This document shows, piece by piece, positions 37,679 through 49,067 of a DNA stretch of 64,000 nucleotides. The translations under genes and the position numbers were made by a program. The DNA comes from Eledone cirrhosa. Lineage: Eukaryota. The notes under the pieces were generated by a model. That model was not told where the DNA came from, made no database searches, and saw nothing but the letters and a program-made list of their open reading frames with translations. Numbering within the stretch: position 1 is the first letter of the stretch; every line of letters starts with the position of its first letter. The DNA lies in NCBI GenBank assembly GCA_964016885.1, contig OZ024743.1, forward strand, positions 317,936,001 to 318,000,000, read 5' to 3'.

Positions 37679-38524
37679 ATGTGTGTGTATATATATGAAC
37701 AAAAATAAAATGTCATCAGCGTGAAGAGTTGATAGGTAAAAGAGTGACAAGTAAATTGGTTTAAGATAGTGGAATGTTAACGATGTGTTGCTGTGGAGGG
37801 GGGTGAGTAATTGGAGCTGATCTATGTATGTAAAGTGGTATGGAGGCGGGGTTGACATGGGCTGTGGAAATAGATCAAGTTGAAAGGTGAACTCAATAGT
37901 TTTATTAAGACTAAAACGAAAACTAGAACAAGAACACTGTGACACCTTCTTCAGCGGCACTCTGGTGCATCAGTCTTTTGTGTGCTGTAAATCTCACTAT
38001 AAGTACTCAATACTGGATGCTGGTAATTAGGGATGGTTCCAGCTGGGGTCTTTAGCCAAGAATATTCTTAAAGAGAAGAATAAGAATCAAAGTGGGGTTC
38101 AATTATTATCTATCAAATTTACTACACAATGTATATATGGAAAAATATCACATCATCCACATGACAGGTGCAATGCAGGGACTAACCCAGGCTTCGCTAC
38201 TCATCAGCCTGAAGACAGCAAACTATCGATGTATCGATTGCCCTCTGATAGGTTTGTAGTGGAACCTATGGCAGTGAAGACTGTTGGCGTTCTTGGCACC
38301 TGTTCCATACTCACTAATATCGGGGCAGAGTTAGCTATTCCAACTCATTTCTCTTGCCATCCTCCAGAGCAACATTTTCTCCATTCTGTCCGTTGGGACC
38401 ATGACACAGCCTGAAAATAGAATAGTACGTGTGGCAAAATGAGCATCCTTGTATATAACAATATCTGTTTTAACACGTAATTTCACATCAAGGATCTTGT
38501 AAAATAAATACATAAATGTATATA

Positions 38525-38723
38525 CAGCGGAACCTCGCTTTACGAAAGCCTCTCATCATGAACAAATTAGTTTACGAACAATTTTTCTGAACATAAAACG
38601 TCTCGGTTCACAAACGGTGTCTCAAATAACGAATGCGCAAGCCGGCAACAACAGTTAGCAACAAGCTTGGACTATTGACGGGAAAGTGTCACTTGCTGTG
38701 TAGTTAGTTACTATGGTGATATA

Positions 38724-38794
<71 letters not shown>

Positions 38795-38889
38795 ATTTCA
38801 TATGGGAAAAAATAGTCTCGGTATACAAATATTTTGGGCGACGAATAGCCTTCAGGAACGAATTAAGTTTGTGAGCCGAAGCTCCACTG
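38525..38889. mobile_element. Tc1/mariner-pogo (Tigger-like) MITE
   Basis: TA|CAGCGGAACCTCG ... CGAAGCTCCACTG|TA terminal inverted repeats with TA duplication. Confidence 0.8.
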
Positions 38890-38897
38890 TATATGTA

Positions 38898-38955
<58 letters not shown>

Positions 38956-39205
38956 TTATATTTATTTCATGATATGTTGTGATTAGGAATCCTCTTTGCC
39001 AACATCACATTCCAAATCCTCAAAATATCATGAAACATAGGATGAAATATTGTTATTTTGTTTTGTTTTTCTTACTTTACTCTAGTTTTCATTTTTACAT
39101 TTTTAACCTGTCTTGTACCAGCTTTCCCCAAAAAATCTAACCAAACATTTCACAATGTTTCATATAAACTATACTGCTTCATATATATATCATTATATTA
39201 CACAG

Positions 39206-39428
39206 GTATATTTCAACATTATATTCTCACAAGAAATTCCCTGAAAACCCAGCAGAAAAACTACAAGATGAACTAAAAAGAAACATAGAACCTAGTCTTG
39301 TATGGTTACTTAAACCAAATAGTATTTATCGATATCTTGACAGAATATTAATGAAGAAAAGTACAGGTCAACCTGTCAGTTTTACAGACTTTTTTGGTCT
39401 TTTGGTTGGAGAAACATTACTGAAAGGG
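39206..39428 (+). CDS. PLA2G4A: cPLA2 exon 8: YISTLYSHKKFPENPAEKLQDELKRNIEPSLVWLLKPNSIYRYLDRILMKKSTGQPVSFTDFFGLLVGETLLKG
   Basis: STLYSH and GQPVSFTDFFG motifs; cacag and gtaact; open 223 nt. Confidence 0.95.
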
Positions 39429-39599
39429 GTAACTATATTTGAAAATCAACATTTATTTCTAAAATACAATGTCTAGAAGTTTTCACCCAAATTTGGTAAA
39501 AATTTGTAATCAATAAGTATTATTTTTTTTTTTTTGTTGTGTAGTAATATTTATAAGGATAAAAGGATAAAGATCCCATAACTACTTGTTGAGTAATAG

Positions 39600-39846
39600 A
39601 GACACCATCATACGATGTGTCTAGGGCACTTTTAAAGCTGGTGGATCCCAACCCTCTCCAGGTTTGAACACAGCCGATTTTTCTAGAGAGGAAGAATCGA
39701 CCCCAGTACTAGACTGGTACTTTGTTTATTGGCCTCAAAAGGATGAAAGGCAAAGTTGACCCCGGCGGGATTTGAACTCAGAGTGTGCAATGAGGTGGGA
39801 CGAATTCCGTAAAGCATTCCATCTGATGTCTTAACGACTCTGCCAA
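39600..39846 (-). mobile_element. Family A SINE
   Basis: aggatgaaaggcaaagttgaccccggcgggatttgaactcag. Confidence 0.75.
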
Positions 39847-41563
39847 AGTACATAAATCTTTTATTTTTAGAATAACATCACATAAAGAATTTAATATTTA
39901 GACAAGCATAAAAAAAGTAACAATGCAAAAGACTATAAATGAGAGGAAAGGGAGGAAAAAGGCAAGGATTATTAAGCAACAAAAGAAAGAAGGGGAGAAA
40001 GTGACAGCCGCTACACCTAAGTAAGAGTGGTGGACAGTGAATTGGCAGAATTGTTAGAGCATCAGACAAAATGATTTGCAGTATTTGCTCTGGTTTGTTA
40101 TGTTCAAAGTTCAAATCCCACCAATATTGATTAAATCTAATTATTATCTGTCAGGAGTTGTGACCAGTAGATAATATCAATGGAAACATTATTTCCTTGG
40201 TCCAATTTGACAAGTCCCAGCCCCACTCAGTAAGCAAATGAGGTATGGAGTCTTGTCAATTGAACTCTATCTTCAATAATTTGATTGACTCACAAACTAA
40301 TTAGCTAATTAACAGCTATCCTTTGACCATCACTGACTATGGGCTTACACTTGGAAGGTTGCTGTCTAAGGCATGAGCCTGGACAAATTGTTGAAGACCA
40401 GCAGTTTCCCGACAGTCTCCCTTGCCACACCACAGATGTCTAGATCTCAACGTTCTAACCCCTAAGCTACATATATATTTTTCTATACTCTGATTGTATT
40501 AATAATACCATTGTAATTGTTTCTACTTTTGGCACAAGGCCAGCAATTATCCAGTGTATTACTGGTACTTTATTTTATCGACCCCGTAAGGATGAAAGGC
40601 AAAGTTAACCTTGGCGACCCTCTACCGATACTGCCAATCCACCGCATAATGATACATATTTAGTAAATAATTTGGTCTTTATTCTGGAAATTAGTTACAA
40701 AAATTGGGAGAAACTTTCTGGACATCCTGTATACTCTTGTTAATCCATAATTGGTAACAGAATATAAATAATAGTTTAAAATTTTGTTTGGAATGGACCT
40801 CTGTTGGATCCAACAATAAGTGCTCCAGTTGTTCAATCAATGGAACAACATGCTCATAAAAATGAATGTGCAAGTGGCTGAGCATTCTACAAACACATGT
40901 CTTGCCTGGTCTGGTCTCTTCCCACCTTTATTGCTAAGGATCAGTGACCATGGACAATAGCACCAATGCTAATTTATATGATGTTGTATGTCCATGATTC
41001 TCATCGGGAAAAGAGTAACATTGGTGGGTCCCGAATCCTCATCTTGGAAGCTGGTTCCTAAGTCACAGCTCATCCACCTTCATAAGAAGGATGAATGCCA
41101 TTGACCACTTGAAAAGCTGTCACCAAGGTATCTAAGGAGTTCCATCTACTCCAGTTCTGAAATCAGAGTGATCCTTCTCCTAGACATACAGCCAACCAAG
41201 GCTAATGAACTCTACCTGTATTGGATTACCATTGACTTTCCTGAGTTTCTCTGTCCTTTGATGGGTTTTGTTTTTCATCCTGCCAGATATCCAAAAATCA
41301 CTCTTCTCACCAAGCATACTTGGTGAGGTTGCTGGTTTAGTCACTGACTAGCTGACCATTTGACAGGTTATACTGGGTTACATGTTACCAGTAGTGCTTG
41401 AGAGCAATCTGACATTACCTTTAATGTACTCTTAATGTAATTCTCAGGGAGATTCAGCACAGCATGACATAATTTTATTCATTAAATAGTGATTGTCATG
41501 CAGTGATAGGTTTGTCATATTCTGTAGCCAAACAATAAAGACTGTTTTATATTTTTGTTTCAG

Positions 41564-41678
41564 AGACAAAATAGTAAATTAAGTGACCAACAAAAAAAAG
41601 TAAGAGATGGAAATATACCTTTACCTATTTATACCTGTGTCCATGTCAAAAAAGATGTATCAGCTAAATCATTTCAAG
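41564..41678 (+). CDS. PLA2G4A: cPLA2 exon 9: RQNSKLSDQQKKVRDGNIPLPIYTCVHVKKDVSAKSFQ
   Basis: PLPIYTCVHVK matches PLPLFTCLHVK; tttcag and gtaagc. Confidence 0.95.
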
Positions 41679-42751
41679 GTAAGCAGTTTCTCTTTTACTC
41701 AACACTGGGAAAAAATATAACAGTCAGATCATACTAAGGAGTCTTATGTTTTCCATTGTTCTTTCCGTTACTTATACTATCATCATCATCACCGTTTAAT
41801 ATCAATCAGAAATTCTAACAGAAGCATCGCCTCTTTTTTTGGCAACAGGAACTGTGTGGGATGGGATTTGAACTGAGAACTCACAGAACTGAAATAGATA
41901 TTGCAAAGCATCTCATTGAATGCTTTAACAATTCTGTCAATCCACCACTCTGAGATTGGTACTATATTTATAGACGCATAAAGGATGAAAGGGAAAGTTA
42001 ACCTGGATGGGATTTTGAACTCAGAAAACAGAGAGATCTAGAACAAATACTGAACCATTTAGTCCAACACTCTAACAACTCTGACAATATATTGCTTCAT
42101 GCAAGAAAAACTATATATGTATATATGAGGACTCTTCTGTTGTGTCAAGGATATGACAACCTTTCTACTGTTGGTGGTTTACATGTTAAACACAACCTGT
42201 ACACAGTGAAAAGTGGCTGGTGATAGGAAGAGGATGTAGCCAAAGAGAACCTGCCAAACAAAGGGTAAGGATGACTCTTCAATTGTGTCAAAGACATAAA
42301 AATCTCCCTAGTACTGGAGCCATGATGAAATGCACTTGGTATAGTGAGGAAACGTATATAAGTGAGATACAGGCCCTCTGCCTGTTTGTGAGGTCTGCTG
42401 GCATAGTAAACAGACGTTAAATGATGATGATGATTATATACACATATATATCATCATCATCATCATCATCATTTTACATCCGCTTTTCCCTGCTTGCAAG
42501 GGTGGGATGGGAACTGATTCTGGCTTGATTTCTACAGCTGGATGCTCTTCCTAACACAAACCTCATTTACAGTGAGTGCTGGGTGCTTTTTTCCGTGGCA
42601 CCTACACGTCCACTTTACAGTGTGGGCTGGGTGCTTTTTTTGCCGTGGCACCTCCACGACCACTTTGCAGTGGAATGATAGGGACCCCAGTCCTATCAAC
42701 TCATTTCTACAGCTGAGTAAACTGGAGCAATGTAAAATAAAGTGTCGTGCT

Positions 42752-42878
42752 TAAATTAAAAAACGATTTAAATATTCACCTGTTCTATTGCCATTACCGA
42801 CGGTTTCACTAATCAAAAGATTGGAACCGTCGGTATTGGCAATAGAACAGGTGAATATTTAAATCGTTTTTTAATTTA
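42752..42878. repeat. Hairpin with about 53-bp stem and one mismatch
   Basis: taaattaaaaaacgatttaaatattcacctgttctattgcca / tggcaatagaacaggtgaatatttaaatcgttttttaattta. Confidence 0.95.
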
Positions 42879-43163
42879 TTTAAAAGATTGTTTGATGATT
42901 ACTTGTTCCACTCATTTTTATAGTACCATCGAACCACAACTATTATAAACACTATGCATATTTCTGTAGGTATTAGTGCCTGTTGGAATATCCATACCCT
43001 TCTATATATATATATATTTATATATACACAGATAAATCCACCAATTAATGGTAGGGTCCAAGCCGTATGAAGAACTCAATGTAATCCGTATGTAGAAGAT
43101 GTCATGAAGCAAAGTTTAAAATACAAAATTTCAACGATATAATTCATTGGAAGCAGAGTCAAA

Positions 43164-43391
43164 ATAATACAAATTCTGAAAACAATGAAATTAAACAAAA
43201 TACGGGTAATTCATAGTAAAACTCATTATTTTACGATCGTTTCTGGGGGGGTATTTTACATAGATAGATCACTAATAGAATGAACATACGGAGAACTACG
43301 CCCCCCCCCCCCCCCCAGAAACGATCGTAAAATAATGAGTTTTACTATAAATTACCCGTATTTTGTTTAATTTCATTGTTTTCACTATTTG

Positions 43392-43397
<6 letters not shown>
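43164..43397. repeat. Inverted repeat with about 85-bp arms carrying hammerhead half-sites
   Basis: aaaactcattattttacgatcgtttctggggg / cccccagaaacgatcgtaaaataatgagtttt. Confidence 0.9.
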
Positions 43398-43428
<31 letters not shown>

Positions 43429-43842
43429 CAGCTATATATAAATATAAATAACAAAGAGGGTGTAGTAAGATACCAGGTGGACCATAACAGACCAGAGTAC
43501 TCGATACTTGGGGTAGTAGAGGGGGTAATATGAAAAGATTCAGGACCCTGATAGCTGAGCTCCGGCCGGTTTGACAGCTAGATCTGAACTAAGCCACCAG
43601 TATTAGACTGGCAGGAATCTAGCTGAACTTATTAAGAGGTATAGTCCATATATGGGTATGCAGTCAAAGCAAAAAAAGCAAAAAAAATCCAAGCAAAAAA
43701 TCTTAATCTATATATATAATGAGGGTAATAATAAATATTACCCAATTCAAGTATGAAAATAGCTCAATGTAAAATACCAAGTATACTACAGAACTGAAAT
43801 ACAATATAAATGACAATCAAAGAGTGTTTAAAACATTTAATC

Positions 43843-43887
43843 ACTTACGATCATTTCATCCTAGCTCCAGCACGAAATCCTCAGAGT
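43843..43887 (-). ncRNA. Decayed hammerhead motif
   Basis: ACU-CUGAGGA-UUUCGUGC(UGGA)GCUAGGAU-GAAA-UGAUCG-UA-AGU. Confidence 0.5.
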
Positions 43888-44599
43888 AGACAATAAAGGT
43901 CAAACACAAATATAATATCAAAACTTTGCCACAAGAACATTAGGAGGATACATAATATGGGAGGCTAGATAAACATAAACATCAACATTTATATAAGATA
44001 TAAGATTACAGAGGCGGAAGAGGCATAAGAAGAATAGGAGCATATAAAAGCAATAAAAATTAGGAGCAGATAAAAGCATTAAAAACTTTAAATTTTAAAA
44101 ACATGCTGTTACAGAAGACTTGCAAAACATGCTGCTACAGAAAGGTTAAGTACAGTGAACAACATATATCATAAGCATTATAGAAAATGAATAAAGTTAA
44201 TAAGAGGAGGCATGTAATTCAAATATTAATTTAAAGCATACATACATCTCCCCAAAAAATATTTTTAATTATACATTTAAAAAAATATTTTTTATTATGC
44301 CTTTAAAAAAATATTTTTAATTATGCATTTAAAAATAGTTCGACTACATAATTCAGTCATAATAATAATTTTTTTTCCAAACTGTCCAAGAGAGTTAATG
44401 TTGAGTAAATAGAATCATCAAAGTAAAAAGTCAGATATAGATTGAAGTGTTATCAAGACACATTATCCAAAAGAATCACATATTTGAATACAGGAGACAA
44501 AGTCATATATCCTTAAGCATAAAAACCCCCATCTTAGCATGGAATTATCATTTATATTGTATGTATATATATATATATATATATATATGATAGTTGACA

Positions 44600-45040
44600 A
44601 CTAGTATAGTGATGAATTTAAAGTGCATGTGGGGCTCCACCAAGGATCAGTCCTCAGTCCACTCCTGTTTATCATTGTGCTTCAGGCCATCACTGAGGAG
44701 TTTAAAACTGGCATTCCATGGGAGTTCTTATATGCTGACGACCTAGTCCTCATAGCTGAATCCATAGAAAAGTTAGATGCAAAATTTCAAACATAGAAGA
44801 ATAACCTAGAGCTTAGGGACATAAAAGTAAATTTAGCAAAGCAAAAATTTTAATAAGAAAAAAGAAGACAGGAAGGTGATACCATCAGGAAAGTGGCCTT
44901 GTTCGATATGTCAGAAAGAGGTGGACAGGAATTCCATAAGGTGCACACAGTGTAAATTTTGGACACACAAGAGATGTAGTGGGATTGCAGGTAGGCTAAC
45001 AGAAAAGATAGATTTTACATGTGGCAGATGCACAGGGGTA
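44600..45040 (+). mobile_element. RTE LINE internal fragment (RT to PHD region)
   Basis: YSDEFKVHVGLHQGSVLSPLLFIIVLQAITEEFKTGIPWEFLYADDL, homologous to 59575-60010. Confidence 0.88.
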
Positions 45041-47135
45041 GCCTAACTGAAAATCAGTCTGTTGAAACTTTGTGGTGAGAAATAAAGAAAATTCTACTTG
45101 GGCTAACAGAAATAGCAGTGCCACTGAGAACGCCAAAATACAAGAAACACAAACCCCGGATAACAAAGACAATTATCCGCAAACAGAAGTTAAGAAATGC
45201 TGCTTGGGGGCACTATCAAGAGACCATGTCTGCGGTGGCATTTGAAGTTTACAGAAAGCAGTGAAATCATGTCAAACATATTTCCAGAATTGGAAGGCAA
45301 AATTTTGAAAGGGAACTTGCAAATGATGCCGGTCGTAATCCAAAGCGCTTTTACGCTCACGTGGAGAGAAATCAAAAACTGAATAATCAAATTGTCACTT
45401 TCCGAAACCCCGAAGATGCAGTTATTGAACACGCTGACCAACAAGCTTCTCTTTTTGCTGATGTTTTCGCAAATATCTTCAAAGAGGATGATGGCAGAGA
45501 ACCTCCAAATCTAAACATGATCGCCCCACCAATGCAGCCAACCACCGTCAGACCGGACGAGGTGGAAAAGTTGCTTTTGTCCTTAGATGTGAATAAGGGA
45601 CATGGTCGAGACGGTCTACATCCAGCGATTTTGGGTGCAGTTACACCCAACCTTGCTAAACCTCTAGCCACACTATTCAACCTATCATTGGCTACCGGAG
45701 TTGTTCCTGCCGACTGGAAAGTAGCTACTATTTGCCCTATCTTTAAAAAAGGTGACAAAGAAGATCCGGGGAACTACAGACCCGTGAGCCTCACCTCAAT
45801 TGTCTGTAAGGCCTGGGAATCTCTAATCAAGCGGGCAATTATGGCTCATCTTGCGTCTTTCACTGCCATCTCTCCATTTCAACACGGTTTCATCCCGAAA
45901 TGTTCCTGTCTCACAAACCTACTCTTGATGGAAGAATGGGTGACGAGGATACTGGACGATGGAGATGCGGCCGATATTATCTTTCTCGACTTCGCCAAAG
46001 CCTTCAACTCTGTCAACCACCGCCTGCTCCTGCATAAGCTCAGCAACTACGGTCTCCATAACTCGATTATAAAGTGGATTGGATCATTTCTTGAGGGTCG
46101 TACTTGCAGAGTTTGGATCAATGGCAGTCTGTCATCGGGGGTGGGTGTAGGCAGTGGCGTTCCCCAGGGCTCTGTGTTGGGCCCAATTCTCTTCCTTCTA
46201 TACATCAACGACATGCCGGACGTGATTGGTGGAAATGTGCTCCTATTTGCAGATGATGTGAAAATGGTAGCCCATAGGAGCGAGATCGACAATCTCAAGT
46301 CCAACCTCCAACGCACCTGGAGTTGATCCATTGACTGGGATTTATACCTCAATGTCGATAAGTGTTGCGATATGGCAGTGGGTACACCTTATAACTCAGC
46401 TCTTACCTTCAACGGTGGCACTACTCCTTTGAAGCAGGTTGAGGAGACTAAAGATCTTGGTCTGCTGGTCAACTTGTCCTTCAAATCATCAAAACATTGC
46501 ATTCAAGCCACAAACAAGGCAAGGAGCTCTCTTTGTCTTATTCGACGCTCCTTTGCCAAACTCACTCCAGAAATTTTCAGGCCTCTCTATGTAGACCTGT
46601 GAGACCGCACCTAGAATATAGCATCCAAGCATCAAACTCATATCTCATCCGGGATATCCATCACTTGGAAAGAGTTCAACAACTAGCGACTCGAATGGTA
46701 CAGGGTCTTCATGAGCTGCCCTACAAAAGCCGGCTGCAGAAGCTGAACCTTTTCTCCTTGGAGCGTCGACGGCTAAGAGGCGATCTCATTTTGGCTTACA
46801 ATCTCTTCAATGGCCATTACGATCTCCCTCAAGATCTCCTATTCACTCCGGCACTTGAAAGGGGTCTACATGGACATGACAAAAAGCTGTTTCACCACCG
46901 CTTTCGCCTAAATAGACGGAAAGCTGCTTTCTTGATCCGCATCTCTGGACCCTGGAATCGGCTTCCAGAAGAAGTAGTCAACGCGCCAACCATGCAACAA
47001 TTCAAGGCGAAATTGGACTGGTGTTGGACCACTGGGTTTCCGACTGTGTAAATTGTGCCCCTCTCCCCTCCTTACATGGCATCTGAAGCATCTATGTTTT
47101 ATTTTCTGCCAAATATATTGAATTGAATTGAATGT
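45041..47135 (+). mobile_element. 5'-truncated CR1-type LINE (RT, disrupted)
   Basis: NYRPVSLTS, DFAKAF, GVPQGSVLGP, FADD, RPHLEY, RRLRGDLI; stop at 46324 and frameshift near 46597; (TTGAA)n tail near 47118. Confidence 0.92.
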
Positions 47136-47998
47136 GGCACACAATACCTGGTTGTGGTATGGTATTAAAGAGTGCTCTATATGTAATATATATATATATA
47201 TATATATATGTAGAGCTTAGTAGTACTATGTATTTAAGAGTACTCTATATGTAATATATATATATAGTTGGTTCCACAAAATATCGGCAAGCCATCCTTG
47301 AAGATGTGTGTTTCACCCAACAGATTCTCAAACATGTGTCCTCCAGGATGGCTTGCTGATGTGTTGTGGAACTAACTCTATAGCAAACTCTTCCTATGTA
47401 CTGAGTGCTCTATTATTCCTGGTGTTCTACCTATATATATATATATATACATACATATATATATATATATATCCAGGGAGTGTAACTTGGAGTTATTGTA
47501 GGTTCACCCGGGTGAACACTCGATGTTTAGGTTCACTTCAGTGTCAAGGTGTAGATCTAGACAGAGTGTATTATAGTGAAAAGATAACAAGGACGATTGG
47601 TTACTCCTTCATTACATTTATTGGTTGGTGACGCGCGTTTCGTGACTGATCAGCTCAATGTTCGATTTGTATCGATCTGACCCGATTCTGTAATCTGCGG
47701 CTCATCGGACTCCTTGTAATATATGTATATATATATGGGAGTGGAGGTAGTAAGGGCCAGTTGGGCCATTGCACGCCAGAGTGCTTGATGCTTGGGGTGG
47801 TAGAGTAGGCAATGGGAAGGGTTCGGGACCCCGATGGCTGAGCTCTGGCCGTTTCAAAAGCTAGATCCAAACTAGCTTTTGAAATGACTAAAGCTCAGTC
47901 ATTGGGGTCCTGAATTTTTCATATTGCTCACTCTACTGCCCCAAGTGTCGAGTGCTCAGGTGAGTAGTGGTCTAACTGGTTTTTGCTGCCTCCATTCT

Positions 47999-48031
<33 letters not shown>

Positions 48032-48109
48032 ACAGAGCCTCATATTGAAGAGTACTCTATATGTAATATATATATATATATATATATATAGTAGGCACCT
48101 CTTAACCAA

Positions 48110-48457
48110 ATATATACCCCATCCCACTACCCCTACTCTATCCTACCACTCCCACCAACACCACCCTTTCTCTGTAAAGTTATGTTAGTACCACAACATC
48201 CAGTCCAAAATAAATAAGGTTGTGTAGGTGTCACGACAAAAAAAAACACAGTAAAAAACACGGTACAAACCTCCCGGTCCACACTGTAAACGTGGTTCGT
48301 GTTAGGAAGGGCATCCAGCCATAGAAAACCTGCCAGACAGTCCTATACGAGCGAGACACAATCACCCGACCAATCTTGCCTCAAGTAGGACAATTCCCGT
48401 CTAAACCCATGCTAGCGTGGAAGATAGACGTTAAACAATGATGATGATGATGATGAT
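48110..48457 (+). mobile_element. RTE LINE 3' end with (GAT)n tail
   Basis: Colinear with 60680-61034. Confidence 0.8.
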
Positions 48458-49067
48458 ATATATATATCACCATCATCATCATTTCATGTCCGCTTTTCCT
48501 TGCTTGCAAGGGCCTACAGTTTCTGGCCACTAAATTTCACACACAAGGGAATGGTGAACCCAAAGCTACAGTAGAAGATACTTGCCCAAGGTGCTGCATA
48601 GTGGGACTCAATCTGAAATCACATGGCTGTAAAGAAGCCCCTTTAACCCCTCAGGCATTCAAGTGTTTTTTTGTTTTTGTTACAAGCCTATCACAAGAAA
48701 AGTCTACCATAAAGAAAACCAAAGAAACAAAAACTATTGTCATCTCAGTTTCTTCACATTGTGGAACTATTACCAGATCTTGCTCATATATTCTGTTTTG
48801 GACTTAGTTTTCTATGGCTGGATATCTTTCCTAACACCAACCACTTTAGGGAATGTACCAGCTTTGTTGTCTCATGGAACCAGCACTGCCACATTCTAAT
48901 GTGGGCTGGGTGCATTTTATCATGGCACCAGCACTACCACATTCCAGAGTGGACTTAGTGCTTGAACACATTTTATTGTGGAACCAGTACCTTCACAATT
49001 TAACAATTGGATGATTGTATCTTTGTACCTGGTGTGTGAATATGCATGTATGTATTCACCGTTATAT

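Noticed and set aside
38186-38212. Hammerhead-like CAGG-CUGAUGA-GUAGC-GAAG-CCUG on the minus strand
   Set aside because: No stem III or UH site, and GAAG instead of GAAA
47630-47654. Minus strand CUGAUCA-GUCAC-GAAACGCGCGUC
   Set aside because: Core G8 altered, stem II nearly absent, no stem I; counted only as a half-site
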